The notes beneath the pieces are model-generated. The model did not search any database. It saw only the letters and a program-made list of their open reading frames with translations, and was not told the DNA's origin. A stretch of 62,618 nt of DNA, filler included, from Globobulimina sp. (Eukaryota), in the NCBI GenBank assembly GCA_003354225.1. It is 21 parts of 21 records of this genome, joined end to end, with 100 filler letters (N's around TTAATTAATTAA, not from the genome) between each part and the next. Parts side by side here need not be neighbours in the genome. Positions count along the whole stretch, not along the records: positions 59,735 to 62,618 come from PIVH01004501.1; 20 more parts are not named here. One strand, given 5' to 3'. The number at the start of each line of letters is the position of its first letter. Within the stretch, counting starts at the first letter, position 1. Of this stretch, positions 60,085 through 62,618 are shown in pieces. A program made the translations under genes and the position numbers.

Positions 60085-61989
60085 ATGGGAGCGGTCTCCA
60101 CTTTAATATTAATATTGACCTTCAACTTATACATGGCACATAGCATTAATTCCGAATGTGGTGTTAGATCAACAATCGCCACACACGATATGCATTGCAA
60201 ATATGTGTCGCAAATATCATTACTGACAAACGACTATACGGATAGATGGCAAATAACTTATCCATCCATAAAACAGTTGCAATCCTCACTGCCATTTGAA
60301 CAGTTTGTCTTCATCAAAATCACAACAAATATCAACACCTCTCTGTTAATCGAGCCCTTAATCCGCGAATCTTGTGATTATTCGTTTCAAACTGACCTAT
60401 CCTTCAAATCAGCACTATCCAGCAATGAAAAACAAATGATATATACCGTGATATTACCTTCGTGCAATACAGAAACACTTGAACTCTGTACATATTATAT
60501 CGTGGTGGAGGCCTCCAATAAACTGCTCAATGGCAAGCAAAGAAAAGCAGCTCGCTACGAATTATCTGCTTCATTGGGTGTCTTATTGCAATTTCAACAA
60601 AAATATTCCTACTCCACCATCGAGAGCATCCTCCCCAATAAGACGCAGCCAAACAAACTAATTTCAAACGACGACGCCAAGCAAACAATAAATTCCACCT
60701 GCATTCATTCTCAATTTTATGGCTTAAAAGCGTCGTTAACAGATTTCCCGCTTGGCATTATTGTGCAGCCTGAATTTATTGATACCGATGCATCATTTTC
60801 CATCAATGAGTATACGTCATCGCCAAACTCGCAAATCAATGTGAAACAAGTCAACGCATTGAAAGGCGACGCTGAATCTGCTTCGTACGATGTGCCGCCA
60901 TCCGGCGACGGTTATATCTCTTCATCGGATTACATTTTATTACATATTATCTTTTCATACAATTCCAACCTGAAATATACCATTTACTCGCAAAGCAATA
61001 TCAGTTACATCCAAGTATCGGTTATAAACTCAGGCGGATGGTTTTTGATGTTGATATTAGTGGTTTTGATCTTGATTGCAATGTGTCGCAAACACTGTTG
61101 TTTAAGGCATGATAATCAACGCTTGTCTTACAACGACATCGTAAGAAATATCCAATTACAAAATCCATTGTTCAATTCGTTAAATTCCAATGCCGGATCG
61201 GATGCAAATTCGTCCAATAAAGCGGGTGGGATTACGTGCGAACAATTAAATAATGTCTCTGTGATTGAGATATATCACAAACACAGGTTGCATCGAGGCA
61301 TATTCTCCAAACATAAGCAAAAGAACAAAACCAAATACAGTGTGTGTTGTATTTGTTTATATGACTATAAAAATAATGATAAAATAAGGAAATTGAAATG
61401 TAATCATTCTTTCCATCAGAAATGTATTGATATTTGGTTCAACAAAAATATACAATGTCCTTTATGCAAACAGTCTGTGATCAATGCTCAGATTTTATCC
61501 AAAAGATCGAATACCACACAGTCCGACACGTCCTCATTGATTACAGATACGTCTACGTCTACGTCGACAGCGAGATCTTCAGAGTCTACATCCACGGCCA
61601 CACCGTCATTGTCCGCCACGCATGAAAAGAAAATAGAAAATAATAATAATAATAATATATATTCGTTATCAGACAGTCATTGTATTTATGCCAAAGGGAC
61701 TGACGAAAAGATTCCAGCCAAGCATGTCTGTGATGATTTGTATATTTCCAGGCGCTCAAACATGAGAAATAGATATAGCCAAAGTTACAGTGGTAGTCAC
61801 CAGTCGTCGTCCTCCAATGCGTCAGAAATTGTAAATAATAATATATTTACAATAACCAACACAACCAACACAACGGCTACAACCAATGATATATCAACTT
61901 CTATCTCGCCAATCACAAATGACTTATGTGATGATGTGCCTTTATCGACATTTATATCACTCTCACTTTCGAATCCAAAAAGAGAATAA
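60085..61989 (+). CDS. Type-I membrane RING-H2 E3 ubiquitin ligase
   Basis: Signal peptide, luminal region, TM WFLMLILVVLILIAM, then CCICLYDY..DKIRKLKCNHSFHQKCIDIWF..CPLCK and a Ser/Thr-rich tail. Confidence 0.9.
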   Translation: MGAVSTLILILTFNLYMAHSINSECGVRSTIATHDMHCKYVSQISLLTNDYTDRWQITYPSIKQLQSSLPFEQFVFIKITTNINTSLLIEPLIRESCDYSFQTDLSFKSALSSNEKQMIYTVILPSCNTETLELCTYYIVVEASNKLLNGKQRKAARYELSASLGVLLQFQQKYSYSTIESILPNKTQPNKLISNDDAKQTINSTCIHSQFYGLKASLTDFPLGIIVQPEFIDTDASFSINEYTSSPNSQINVKQVNALKGDAESASYDVPPSGDGYISSSDYILLHIIFSYNSNLKYTIYSQSNISYIQVSVINSGGWFLMLILVVLILIAMCRKHCCLRHDNQRLSYNDIVRNIQLQNPLFNSLNSNAGSDANSSNKAGGITCEQLNNVSVIEIYHKHRLHRGIFSKHKQKNKTKYSVCCICLYDYKNNDKIRKLKCNHSFHQKCIDIWFNKNIQCPLCKQSVINAQILSKRSNTTQSDTSSLITDTSTSTSTARSSESTSTATPSLSATHEKKIENNNNNNIYSLSDSHCIYAKGTDEKIPAKHVCDDLYISRRSNMRNRYSQSYSGSHQSSSSNASEIVNNNIFTITNTTNTTATTNDISTSISPITNDLCDDVPLSTFISLSLSNPKRE

Positions 61990-62086
61990 ACATACTTTAA
62001 TAATTAAAAAAGCAACAAAAAAATGATTTGTCTAATTTTTTCTTAGTGTGACTTGTGACTTGTTACTGAGCCCAGTGTGTTTTTAG

Positions 62087-62566
62087 TTAGTTTTGAAATA
62101 ATAGATACGAGGCATCATCCACAGCTAAAAACATTGTATCCAAATATTTATTATAATCAAAATGCGCCATTTGTTCGCCAGCTAGATCCCCGATATCCAA
62201 ATGTAAGGTATATCGATGTGATAAACCAATCATAGACACCACCACCGATATAGCATCATCATATAACCATTGTCGTAAAATATCACGGAACGTTTGTAAA
62301 TCGCCGTGAATATTTGGGCCGGCGAGAATCATCCATGATTTCTCAATATGATCATTGATATGACTGATACTAAAAAAATAGCCAAATGTACGCGAATAAT
62401 GACTTCGTAATATAATCATCCATGGTTTGATATCAATATTTGTCATTTGACATAAATATTTCCCTTTGTCCTCTTCGCCAGTCCTATACAACCGAAATAA
62501 AGCTTCATTATTATGTTCTCGCTGTTTTATAATTGCAAAAAATTTCCCATCCTCACTAAATCTCAC
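62087..62566 (-). CDS. Hypothetical protein, last exon
   Basis: 159-aa ORF preceded by an acceptor-like AG; no motif. Confidence 0.4.
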   Translation of the reverse strand: MRFSEDGKFFAIIKQREHNNEALFRLYRTGEEDKGKYLCQMTNIDIKPWMIILRSHYSRTFGYFFSISHINDHIEKSWMILAGPNIHGDLQTFRDILRQWLYDDAISVVVSMIGLSHRYTLHLDIGDLAGEQMAHFDYNKYLDTMFLAVDDASYLLFQN

Positions 62567-62618
62567 TGCGTCCTAGTTAAAGTTTTTGCATTTTCAGCAT
62601 GCAACCCATGGCAACACC

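Overview
This window is not one locus. It is 21 unrelated contigs of about 2.9 kb, sorted by decreasing length (2891 to 2884 bp) and joined by artificial 100-bp N44-TTAATTAATTAA-N44 linkers, so no gene-neighbourhood inference is valid across a linker. Twenty contigs look like an AT-rich, gene-dense protist nuclear genome with short GT-AG introns (about 50-120 bp) and the standard code. EFL, 7TM-RGS and ART-like families suggest a rhizarian, possibly foraminiferan, source (inference). Recognisable genes include aspartokinase, ASD, AP endonuclease, DDX3/Ded1, a Dbp5-like helicase, HRD1, UBXN7, a Sec7 ARF-GEF, GH2 beta-galactosidase, lipoate ligase, a PI3K-domain protein, RING proteins and a TSP3-repeat surface protein. 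One contig (47798-50682) is bacterial and carries a tyrosine recombinase plus IS91-family HUH transposase element. The best leads are: (1) an intron-containing, operon-like aspartokinase-ASD pair with mitochondrial-type presequences, in which the ASD lacks its catalytic NPNC motif; (2) the recombinase/IS91 element with inverted end boxes; (3) a PI3K catalytic domain with N-terminal transmembrane helices; (4) a tandem MITE-like repeat, a candidate structured RNA and a frameshifted divergent EFL paralog. All family calls come from motif recognition by eye; no database search was run.
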